From assembly GCA_964016885.1 (NCBI GenBank), contig OZ024763.1, positions 13,826,001 to 13,890,000 on the forward strand: a DNA stretch of 64,000 nt, written 5' to 3'. Made by a program: the position numbers and the translations under genes. Positions 22,481 to 33,670 of the stretch are shown piece after piece. The notes under the pieces are model-generated. The model was not told the origin of the DNA, searched no databases, and saw nothing but the letters and a program-made list of their open reading frames with translations. The stretch comes from Eledone cirrhosa. Lineage: Eukaryota. Every line of letters begins with the position of its first letter. Position 1 is the first letter of the stretch.

Positions 22481-23701
22481 TCAATTCATATTCATACATA
22501 TTCACAATTCTTCTGTGAGGGGTATAAGAAGCTCGTTTTTTGCTCCACATTCGATACCAAATCATGCTTCCTTTTTATAACTTCGTTGTACAAATATAAT
22601 AATTAAAGTATATATATATATATATAAGCAATGTATATATAGATAGCTTCTTATTAACTCTTTCCCGAAACATTTATTTCTTCAAAATAAGGTAAGACAT
22701 ATCCCGAATAATATTGTAAGGTGTCTCAATAATTATTTCATTTCAATCAATTTTTCATTTCAGTTTTCTTTAGAAATATCTTGGCGTTGAAGATTTGTCC
22801 TTCTCATAGTAATTAGCTTGTCTCAAAATTGTTCGCAGTGTTTCCATGTTTAGTGTCACAAACTATCGTTAATTCTAATGTAATAAATGTTACTTTTAAA
22901 AGAGTGAAGCTCTCAATTTTTTCTTTCTTTTGTATATTGATATCTAATGAATGACAAATGTATGTTATGTGATAGGAGAAAACACACACAGCCTTCTTCC
23001 CTCGCTATAGAAGGCTAACTGACAATGTCGTTCGTAGGAGTAACAAGTCACCTCTTACTGCCTTTTATATACCATGTGAAGTGGAAAGATTTGCCAAGTA
23101 TGGATACACTCTCTCCTTATCAATATTGTCCGAGTCCGAGGACATTTTCTCTCTGGTTAAGGAGTGAGAAGAAATATTAGGGATCAATCTCTAGCAATAA
23201 TTTAATTAAATTATATTTAACCAAAGCTGTTATGTCGTGGTTGTTGTTATATTTTATAGTCGTGGTTTCAATGTTTATCAGGGGTTGTAGAATTAGTTTT
23301 ATCAAATTATTATCAAACAAAAATGATGTATATATTGTCGTTGTACGTTGAAATCACATATATAGATTTATATACACACCAAGGATGGAGGGAAGACGGA
23401 ATTGAAAACCATTATTGCTGAGCACAACATTGCAGGATCAAATATAACACACACACACACATATATATATATATAATCAGGTATGACCATTGATGAATGT
23501 CCCTGCAGATCATCAGGTTGTAGGATGAAATCAACCCTAGAGAAATGATAAGGTATATTTTACGGAAGCTCGCGAAGAATAAAAATGAAAATGAACCATT
23601 TTGAATTAATATCATTGGGAAAGCCATGAAGGCCACTACATCAATTTTTCTTTTAAATAGAAAGTAGGTTTATAAATTTTAATTTTGATAGTAATTTTGT
23701 A

Positions 23702-23799
23702 GTTGTCTCGGTAGCCTAGTGGTAGGTGTTGGGACAGTGGTGATGCTGGTCTGGGGTTCAATCTCAGTCAGGAATCTCTCGAGAAATTTAATTTTTTTT
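23702..23799 (+). ncRNA. Two-hairpin Pol III-type element (cluster B, +)
   Basis: TATAAA at 23671-76, A box TAGCCTAGTGG, B box GGTTCAATCTC, T8 terminator. Confidence 0.62.
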
Positions 23800-23819
23800 A
23801 ATTTTTCATAAAATGAACG

Positions 23820-23910
23820 AAAAATAGAGGTTGCAGGAATCTGACTGAGGTCGAACCCCAGACCAGCACCTCCATCACCTCTAATACTTACCACTAGTCT
23901 ACGGAGGCGG
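23820..23910 (-). ncRNA. Two-hairpin Pol III-type element (cluster B, - copy 1)
   Basis: Reverse complement CCGCCTCCGTAGACTAGTGGTAAGTATTAGAGGTGATGGAGGTGCTGGTCTGGGGTTCGACCTCAGTCAG, then T5; upstream TTTATAAATATT. Confidence 0.62.
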
Positions 23911-23965
23911 TTATAAAAACTAACTGAAAATTAATATTTATAAACCTACTTTTTCAATTTTTTAT

Positions 23966-24071
23966 AAAAACAAAATTTCTGTACAAGGTTTTCATGTACA
24001 CCTGACAGAGATCGAACCCCTAATCAATATCACCACTGTCTCTAATGTCTACCACCAGACCACTGAGACGG
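23966..24071 (-). ncRNA. Two-hairpin Pol III-type element (cluster B, - copy 2)
   Basis: Reverse complement CCGTCTCAGTGGTCTGGTGGTAGACATTAGAGACAGTGGTGATATTGATTAGGGGTTCGATCTCTGTCAGG; upstream TATA, downstream T-run. Confidence 0.6.
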
Positions 24072-25458
24072 TTATGAAATCGCAGTGAAAATTAATATTT
24101 ATAAAACTACATTTTGTTCGGTTGAAAACTCGATGTAGTGGCGTTCGTGGCTTTTTCGGGACGTCCTTGAATTCATAAAGTAAATCTAGACTTTATTTCT
24201 CATTGCTCTAGGCTTGATTTGAACCTACAACAACTCCGTCTGCAATAATGTCATACCTCATTCTGGCTTAGTTCGTCGTACCCGTAAATTGTTAAATGTG
24301 GTTCCTATATATACATGCAAGTAAGATTTGAACCTACAATGCTGTGCTTAATTTCTATTAATAAGTGTGTTTTATAAAAGAAAGTAAAGAAACAATTAAA
24401 TGAAAGTAAAACATTTATTTTATTCAGTCATGGTTTTATTTTTATTTTATGTATTCACTTCATTAACTGCTGAATAGTTCTCTTGTTTTTGTTTGTTCTT
24501 ACCATTGTTTACTGTAAATGGTGACTTGACGAGACTGGATTATTACCAAGTTTTACTGGATGATGACATTTCCTTATTGTATTATTTTGTTGTCAGTGGA
24601 CATCTCTCTAAATACCTGGAATAAACATATGGTGTGTCTTTTACGTAACATTTCATTTAATATCTGATGTTCCAATGGATTACTTTTAAAATAAAACCAA
24701 TAAACAGCACAGGTAGACTCCATCAAAAGAGACCACAGAGATGAGGTACGAATAATCTAAAATTAATTTTTAAAAAAAGACAATGTTTAAAGAAAGACAA
24801 ACATTAAAAAAATATTTCCAACAAACACGTAAAGACAAAGACAATCACATCCACAATTTAATATCTGAAGATCAACATTTTTCACGATATAAATAAAACT
24901 AAATATGTAAAGTTAAGTGACCTCTCATTTATTTGCTCTAACTTTATTTTACTAATCTGTATTCTGTAGACATATATTTTCCTTGGTGTACATTACGATT
25001 TCGTTGATGAAAGTTTTCACTCGTCTTTAGATCTTTATTTCTTATAAAAGTTATAATACTCACCTCCTCTCATTAGATCTCTATTTTACTTCTGGAATAC
25101 TGTATTAACATTTATATTTTCATCTCGATATTATTAAGTATTAAGGTTGCCATGTATTACAATACAGTATATAAACAAGGGAATATGAGGAGGGGTAATC
25201 ATTTAAAAACAGCTAACCGCACACTCTGTGTATTTAGATTACACCAGGGTGTCCCATGGGCGATTTCATATATACATACACACATATATATACAAGTTAT
25301 TGATTACAGAGTCGGGCTAGATCGATACAAAACGAACCTTAAGTTGATGAATAGCGAAACGCGCGCCACGAATCAATAAACGTAATGAATGTGTACCCAT
25401 TCGTCCTTATTTTATTATATATATATATTTTAATATATATATATATATATATATCTTA

Positions 25459-25495
<37 letters not shown>

Positions 25496-26395
25496 AATAT
25501 TAATTTATTTATTTCCACCTGGAGTTTCGACCGATAGATAGTATTAGCAATTGGAAAGACCAGTGGAAACATTGTTTCGTCGGTCCGATCTGACGAAGGT
25601 CGATCGACTGTCTATATATGTATATACATACACATACATTAATATTTACTCACTTCTATGTAAATATATATACATATTAAAAACACATACCATATACCAG
25701 CTTAAAAACGACTGACTAACCATCAGGACACATGCTTGCTCTTGTTAAAATTTCACAGAGATACTTATGAAAACCGAACTTGCAACGCCACGTACACTTA
25801 CATACACACACCTGTACATATACAGACGTATAGAAAAGGTATGACTTATATAGGTACATCAAAGTTAATGTTCCACTATAGCACCATTCGAGGTAGATAA
25901 AACGAAGTACCAGTGTAGTACTGGAGTCGATTCTTCTTCTATATCTCTTTCTTACTTCCTTTCTCCTACTTTCTCTCCTTCTCTGGTAAATATCTCCTGT
26001 GATCAGATCTAGGGTAGAGATGGGATCAGTCAGCTTTTAAAGAATACCCAAGACACCCCGAATATCAACGTGGGATCACCAAGACTCCCACGCAAGCTAT
26101 ACATCCCTACATACATAGCAACATCAGACAGATCCTTTATGTAGATCACTTTTACTCGATGATGGAAGACAAGTTTTCAGTGAGTCAGAAAGGAATATTT
26201 GCGATATGAAGGGAGAACCTCTCTGAATAAATATTAGATAGTTAAGATGCTACGTAAAGCAGGCGGCGACAACATCGAGGACCAGAGATGCCATGTGGAA
26301 ATAGACATCCACATATAAATATACAAAGATGGGGGACCTTATCATCATAGACACTTGGGCTTATGAATACACAAATATATATTTATATACATACA

Positions 26396-26431
<36 letters not shown>

Positions 26432-27389
26432 CATGTGTGTATGTGTGGGGGGGGGGGGGCTCCTGCAGGACTAGAACGGTTTCATTCGGAAGAAATCAAG
26501 GGCTTTCCTGATGATTTTTTCCGAATGAAACAGTTCTAGTCCTGTAGAAGCCATTTCTATATTAAATATTATTTATTAAGTATTTATAATCTGCTATGTA
26601 ATGAGTACCTTACTTACTGTGGTTACCGCCGATTGAACCCGGGATAAACATATATATATATACGGGTGCACAGGTGTACGGTGTCCTCAAGTTAACACCA
26701 AGGATTACGCTCGATGTCCCGTCACACATCACTACATCTTCGAGTAAATGTTGATTAGTAAATAAACCGTGTATCTCACATGTAAGAGGAAAACTATAGC
26801 AAGTGTTGAGGATAAGAGACGTGTGAAAATAATAATAATAATAGTGTTACAATTATTAATAGTAGTAGTTGTAATAATAAAGTGAGGGGGGACAACATTA
26901 TTATAAATAGTTATGTACACACAAGCTTACACAGGTACACATTCGTACACGTATTTACACAAACGTTTATAAATAAAAGACGAAGCTGATAAAAAGAACA
27001 TATATTACCGTATCGCGTTTGGAACGATACACTTGACGTTGAGTTCTTGAATCTGATCCCATCACCGGTTGCTGATACCATTATTGCACACACAACACAA
27101 GTTTAAAGAGCTGCCTGTTTAGAAACAATATTTCCAGGCCACCATCTACTCACTAAGGTATGACAGCTGAAGGACATCACTGGATATCAGCTGGTCGTTG
27201 GATGAAATAAACCTAGTGATAAGAATAAAAGTCATGATATATTTTCTGAAAACTCGAGAAAAGTAAAAACCATGGCGACTTGTTTGTGGTATTAAAAAGA
27301 CTGAGAAAGCCATGAACACCACCACGTCAATTAAGCTTCGAAAATAGAAAGTAGGTTTATATATATTAATTTTCAGTATATTTTTATAT

Positions 27390-27496
27390 CCGTCTCGTTG
27401 GCCTATTGGTAGGTGTTAGAGACGGTGAAGATCGAGGTTTGGGGTTCAACCTTAGCCAGGATCTATATAAAATAAGGGGGTTTTACTAATTTTTTT
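27390..27496 (+). ncRNA. Two-hairpin Pol III-type element (pair C, +)
   Basis: CCGTCTCGTTGGCCTATTGGTAGGTGTTAGAGACGG forms hairpin 1; B box GGTTCAACCTT; T4 and T7 downstream. Confidence 0.6.
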
Positions 27497-27581
27497 CAGC
27501 TTTTTAAAAATGTAAAAAAGTAGATAAAAATTTTTTTTCATTTTACCATAGATTTTTTTACGTTTGCATTGAAAAAAGCTG

Positions 27582-27688
27582 AAAAAAATTAGTAAAACCC
27601 CCTTATTTTATATAGATCGTGGCCAAGATCGAAACCCAGACCAGGATCTCCACCGTCTCTCATACCTCCCACTAGGCTACAAAGACAG
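27582..27688 (-). ncRNA. Two-hairpin Pol III-type element (pair C, -)
   Basis: Reverse complement CTGTCTTTGTAGCCTAGTGGGAGGTATGAGAGACGGTGGAGATCCTGGTCTGGGTTTCGATCTTGGCCACGATC; upstream TATA. Confidence 0.6.
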
Positions 27689-28443
27689 CTTCAGAATAAT
27701 ATTAAAAATTAATATTTATAAACATACTTTTGATTTTGGAAGATTAATTGAAGTGGTGGCGTTCATGCCTTTCTTAGTGTTGCTGTGATTAGAAAGGGTC
27801 GACTTTGTCTTTCATAATTCAGGCTCTTTCATGAAGTAAATATTCATTTTATTTCTTAACGCCCTAGTATTGATTTGAACCTACAATTACTTCGTCTGCA
27901 ATAATGTTCACTAATTTCAAATCTGCCATACCTAAATCCTGTTGCGACTTACAAATAAATTGTTAAATGTCACTTTTATATATTTACCAATGTGAGATTG
28001 GAACCTACAGTTATGTGCTTTGCAGTAATGTCCCGTAACTCAAACTAGATTGCGCTAAGCTTATATATTTCTTTCGTCCGAACAACATAATGGTTTCGAT
28101 CCCAGTTCGCTACTGGTACAAGAAATAATTTAAAGAAATTCTATATCCCCAGCTAAATATTGAACTCCTAACGACATTTTATGTTACTTAATACCAATAA
28201 CCCTGTTACACACTGAACATCTAAGCCCTGAACACACATTTATATTTATGACTCAATTTCCAATTTTTTAAATGATATTACACCACCTTTGTGTTCTAGG
28301 TGAAAATCCTGTCGATATTAATTTACAATTTTATAACTTTAGAGAAGAAAAATAGAGTACCAGTCATTTTATGGGTTCAATTTAATCGATCGGCTTCACC
28401 CCGTCAATCACTTGACATTTGCCAAACAAAAACACACAAACAG

Positions 28444-28474
<31 letters not shown>

Positions 28475-28698
28475 CGACAAATTAAAATAAATTACGTGTT
28501 TAATAAAGAAAAAAATTATTGAAAGTAAGAAATTATAATTATTTAGTAATAATATTTTTATTCTTTGTTTCCACTGCATTAACTGCTGAGTGTGACTTAA
28601 TTTTCTTACTATTTTCTACTGTAAATGGCGGCTGAGTCGTTATTGGAGTATTACTAAGGTTTACTGGATGATGTTTCCTTATTGCTTTATTTTACAAA

Positions 28699-28752
28699 AA
28701 GTACCAGTAATGCACTGGGTAATTGCTGGACTTGTGCCTAAAGTAGAAACAA
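28699..28752 (+). mobile_element. 54-bp 5'-truncated SINE insertion with 12-bp TSD TTATTTTACAAA
   Basis: TSD at 28687-28698 and 28753-28764; empty site in the paralog at ~5309-5320. Confidence 0.85.
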
Positions 28753-28829
28753 TTATTTTACAAACAGTGGACATCGGAATATCCCTCTATATACCTGGGA
28801 TAAATGTAAGGAGCATTGTTATGTTATAC

Positions 28830-29370
28830 ATAGTACAATGGTCATCTCTTCTTATATTTACATTTTCTTCCCCAATTCTGTATTTTGAAGTACTTTCATT
28901 ATTTTAAATATTTCTATCATGTCACTCGTTTGATTAATCTCCTCCAAAGTTGTAATTCTATGTTTTTGTCCTTGGTATAGTGAACTAATGTTGATATTTT
29001 CAAGTCTTGGTATTTATATGGAATAGTGTACTAATATTTAAATAGTCTTTATATTTTTGTCTTGTCTCCCCTAAGATTTATCTCCTCTAAATTTACAAAA
29101 GTTTCTCATCTTCCTTCACAAGACAGATCCCTAAATAATTCTAGTGTCTTCTGTTTTCTCCTCTCTGGGTTGCTTCAAGAGCCTCACCGTTTCTTCGGAG
29201 GTCAGTTGACCATGGCCCAAAACAATATTCTCAGTGGTATCACACATATTCATCTAGAGTTTTAGATATTTCAGCATTTAACTAGGAAAAAGAATGTTTT
29301 ATTATTTCTATTATCCGTCTCCCTGTTTTGCTTCAACATGGTTAGTCATCTTTCAATTCATATTCATACA
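28830..29370 (-). mobile_element. CR1-clade LINE ORF2 3' relic
   Basis: Paralog of 21995-22480 and 29700-30250. Confidence 0.7.
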
Positions 29371-29699
29371 TATTCACAATTCTTCTGTGAGGGGTATAAG
29401 AAGCTCGTTTGATGATCGAACCTGACTGAAAATCGTAAGGTCCTCAGATACGTCTTGATTCTACGAAGCAGATTTTCCTATTTCCATACATTTATATACA
29501 CACCAAGGATGGAAGACAGATCTCTGTATATTTTCATGAAATTAGATTCACCGTTAACATGGAGTGACGACTAAACTGTAGTTATGTCCAAGCCAGTTGA
29601 TACAATTCTAAGTTAGTTGATATATTTTGAAGTATTGCGAGATTTACTGAGTTCTTTTCTTATTGCCATAGCATGATCAAATTCACTACAATGCTTTCT

Positions 29700-30250
29700 G
29701 CTCACTTTTACTCAGCATCACAAATATTTCGTTCTTCATCTGTCATATCTTTTTATCATCATTTACTGTTGTGTCGTCTACTCCATCATTTAAACTATTC
29801 AATTCACTAATATCTCTTTGAGAAATATATATTTTCTGATGTCTTTAGAGCATTGTATCTTATAAACAGTATAATGGTGTCCTCTTCTTACATTTTCTTC
29901 TGTAATTTCAAGTGCTTTCATTATCTTAAATATTTCTGTCGTGTCTCCCCTTAGCTTTATCTCCTCCAAAGTCGTAATTCCTGGCTTTTTACATCTTTCT
30001 TCTCAAGAATTCTGGTATTTCATGCTTTTTTCTTCTCTGGATTCCTTCAATAGCTTCTCTCTCCTTTCGGAAGTCGGGTGACCAGACCTGCAAATAATAT
30101 TCTAAGTAGTATCACACATATCATTTATCTAGAATTTTAATATATCTGTATTTAGGTAGGTAAAGTAATATTTCATCATTCCTATAATCCGACTTGGTGT
30201 TGTGGTCTTTTCCTGTGAGATAGTTAGCTACCTTTAAATTCAAATTGATA
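29700..30250 (-). mobile_element. CR1-clade LINE ORF2 3' relic
   Basis: LEYYLQVWSPDFRKEREAIEGIQRR..ITTLEEIKLRGDTTEIFKIMK..RRGHHYTVYKIQCSKDIRKYIF..LNSL, the classic CR1 C-terminal motifs, with frameshifts. Confidence 0.88.
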
Positions 30251-31321
30251 CATATTCCACATTTGTTGGGGGTGGGTGAAACAAAAAAACACAATTTTAC
30301 ATCAGTATTCGATGTTAAAACTTGCTGGCGTCTTATACGTTCAAGATACAAATATGATAATTAAAGTATATACTATCCATGTATCTCCCTATTTTTAACT
30401 CTTCTTCAAAATGTATTCCGAAAAATCCTGTATGAGGTCTCTGTAAGTGTTCGATTTTCAATAGATTGTATTGCCGTTGAAGATGCAATCATTTCTCCTT
30501 CTTATCAATAAACAATTTGTCATACAATTGTTGCTTCGTTCATTTTAAGTTTAGTTTCACAAACTATCGTTAATTCAAGATTTTGCTCTAATATAATAAA
30601 TTATACTTTTAAAAGACTGACATTCTCACGTTCATTCTTTATCTTCTATATTATCTAATGAATAAAACAATGTATGTGAGCTGTAGAAATAACACGACCT
30701 TCTTTCACCGCTGCAGATAGCAAACTGGCAGTGTGTTTAGCTGACAACGGTGAACGTCACGTGTTTAGTGTTAAATCCCAACAAAGTACCATTTATATAC
30801 CGTGTTAACTGGAAAGACGGACCAAATAAGGATACAATCTGCTCTCCTTATCAATATTCTCTGAGATTGAGGACCTTGGTCCCTGAATAAGCAGTGAGAT
30901 AAAGTGATAGGGTTGAATCTCTAGCAAGAATTACAGTAGGTTATTTTTAACGAAGGACATCAATAAATTTAATAGTGAGGTATGACAGTTGAAGAAGGCC
31001 ACTGCAGATTATCGGGTTGTAGGATGAAATGAACCTTAGAGAAAGTAAGTGAACATATATTTTCTCAAATTGCCAGAAGAATAAAAATCCAATGTCGACC
31101 CTCTCGAAGTATTGATAATGCTGAGAAGGGCATGAATGCCACAACATCTATTATGCTTGGAAATACAAGGTAGGTTTCTGAAAGCTCCAGATTAATAAAA
31201 TACAAGGTCGGTCGTTGGTAGTGCGAATAACATGGAGAAAGACATGAAGGCCACCACATCAAGTTTGCTTGGATATAGAAAAGTAGCTTTATAAATATAA
31301 ATGTTCATAGTACTTTCGTGG

Positions 31322-31410
31322 CAGTCTCTGTGGGCTAATGGTATGTGATAGAGACGGTGAAGATCCTAGTCACTGGTTCAATCTCGGCCAGGAACTACAC
31401 TAACGTTTTT
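31322..31410 (+). ncRNA. Two-hairpin Pol III-type element (pair D, +)
   Basis: A-box-like TGGGCTAATGG, B box GGTTCAATCTC, T5; TTTATAAATATAAAT upstream. Confidence 0.55.
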
Positions 31411-31431
31411 CATTTTACTAGAGATAAAATG

Positions 31432-31539
31432 AAAAATGTTTGAATCTTTTCATTAAGACACCTCTGGTCTTGGCCAAGATTGAACCCGACACCAGTATCT
31501 TCACCGTCTCTCATACCTTCCACAAGGCCACCGAAACTT
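31432..31539 (-). ncRNA. Two-hairpin Pol III-type element (pair D, -)
   Basis: Reverse complement GTTTCGGTGGCCTTGTGGAAGGTATGAGAGACGGTGAAGATACTGGTGTCGGGTTCAATCTTGGCCAAGAC. Confidence 0.55.
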
Positions 31540-32467
31540 GCTACAAAAAGTTATGGAAAATTAATATTTATAAATCTACTTTACTATTTTCAAGCAAAAT
31601 TGATGTGGTGGCGTTCATGCCTTACTCAATGTTATAAATACTAAAAAGGGTCGACTTTGTCTTTCATCCTCCTGGATCTTTGATAAATTAAATCTTCACT
31701 TTGTTTCTTATCGCTCTACGGTTGATTTGAACCTACAATGTCCCCGTCTACAATAATATTTACTAACTTTAAATCTATCATACCTGGTTTGTGTGTGTGT
31801 CTGTGTGTGTGTGAAATATTCCCACCTCGTACAATACGCCCGTAAATTGTTAAACCTGATTTCTATATAGATAATATATGTAGCAGTGTAAGATCTGAAC
31901 CTACAATGATATGTTTTGCAGTAATTTTACACAATTTCAACTAAATAGCGATATGTATATGTTTTTCGTTTCTTAAAAATAAAAGAAATTCTATATCCGC
32001 AGCTAAATATTGAACTCCTGACAGCACCACAAACTACATTAAATATTTAACTACAAAGTCTCACACGACTTTGTAACTAAATGATAAAATAATAACCTTA
32101 ATCTTTAATTGATATTACTTCACCTTTTTGTGTTCTCATCTCGGTGAAAATCTGGCCCTGATTAATTTAACATTTTTATTTTTGGAGAGATAAAATATAG
32201 TACCAGTCACATACTGGAACCAATTTAAATGATCGAATTCTCCCCGTAAATTTCTGCCTCAGTTACAAACAAAGAGGGTGTATCTGTATGTGTAAATATA
32301 TATATATACATATATATTAAAGTATGTGTTAGCAATAAATAAATGAAACAAATTAAATAATAAAAGTAAGACATTTTTATTCAGTAGTTTTATTTTTATT
32401 ATGATTTTCAATACATTAACTGCCCAGTGTGCCTTTTGTTTTTGTTTCTTCTTATTTTCTATTGCAA

Positions 32468-32620
32468 ATGGCGGCTACGGCGAAACTGGATTATTACCAA
32501 GGTTTACTGGATGTTGTCTTTTGCTTCTTGGATTACTTTACAAACTTGAGACATCAGGATATTTACCGCAATACCCGAGATAAACATAAGGTCCGTCTTT
32601 TACGCAATATTTCGCTTTAA
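32468..32620 (+). pseudogene. Unknown ORF-like relic repeated in the modules (MAATAKLDYYQGLLDVVFCFLDYFTNLRHQDIYRNTRDKHKVRLLRNISL)
   Basis: Paralogs at ~2755, 5235, 24512, 28620, 35928, 40598, 43060 and 63150, most with stops or frameshifts. Confidence 0.3.
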
Positions 32621-33089
32621 AGACTTGTGTTGACTTGATCAAATTTGACCTGTCTACGAGACAGAGATGCTATTTCAAAACAAACCACACAGACCAACCA
32701 TGAATAATCTAAAATTAGTTTTACAAAAGATAATCCATCTTTAAAGAGACAAATATTTAAAAACTGACGTTCAAAGGAACACTCGATGGCAGAAAGAATC
32801 TCAGCCACAATTTAATGTCTGAAGTTAGACATTTTTCACGACATAAATATAGTTTAATGCTCCTCCTCTCATATCCGATTCCTTTCCTCAAATCCTCCAA
32901 TAATACATATTTTATAGAGATATAATGTTGTGTTTTGTTTATATTTTCACCTTTTCTAGTAATTCGTAGTTTTAGAATTGTCATTCCGATCATGTAGAAA
33001 ATCTATGACATTATCCTGATTGATATTATACGTTTTCAATATGAGATTGGAAGGCATAGCAAGTTCAAATTCACGACAATGCTTTCCGC

Positions 33090-33670
33090 TCACTTTTACT
33101 CAGCATCACAAATATTTCAATCTATTCATTCGTTCTTCATCTGTCATATTTTTTTATAATCATTTACTGTTGTGTCGTCTACTCCATCATTTAAACTATT
33201 CAATTCACTAATATCTCTTTGAGAAATATATATTTTCTGATGTCTTTAGAGCATTGTATCTTATAAACAGTATAATGGTGTCCTCTTCTTACATTTTCTT
33301 CTGATTTTCAAGTCCTTTCATTATCATAAATATTTCTGTCGTGTCTCCCCTTAGTTTTATCTCCTCCAAAGTTGTAATTCCTAGATTTTTACACCTTTCT
33401 TGTCAAGACAGATTTGTTAATAATTCTGGTATTTCATGCTTCTTTCTTCTCTGGATTCCTTCAATAGCTTCTCTCTCCTTTCGGAAGTCGGGTGACCATA
33501 CCTGCAAATAATATTCTAAGTAGTATCACACATATCATTTATCTAGAGTTTCAATATTTCTGTATGTTGGTAGGTATAGTAATATTTTATCATTCCTATA
33601 ATCCGACTTGGTGTTGTGGGTTTTTTTATGTGAGATGGTTAGTTAACCTTAAATTCAAATTGTTACATAT
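33090..33670 (-). mobile_element. CR1-clade LINE ORF2 3' relic (module duplicate)
   Basis: Close paralog of 29700-30250. Confidence 0.85.

Noticed and set aside
23702-23775. tRNA or tRNA pseudogene call for the Pol III-type elements
   Set aside because: The 5' end pairs with nt ~28-36 instead of the 3' end, and there is no anticodon arm or cloverleaf; distant tRNA ancestry is not excluded.
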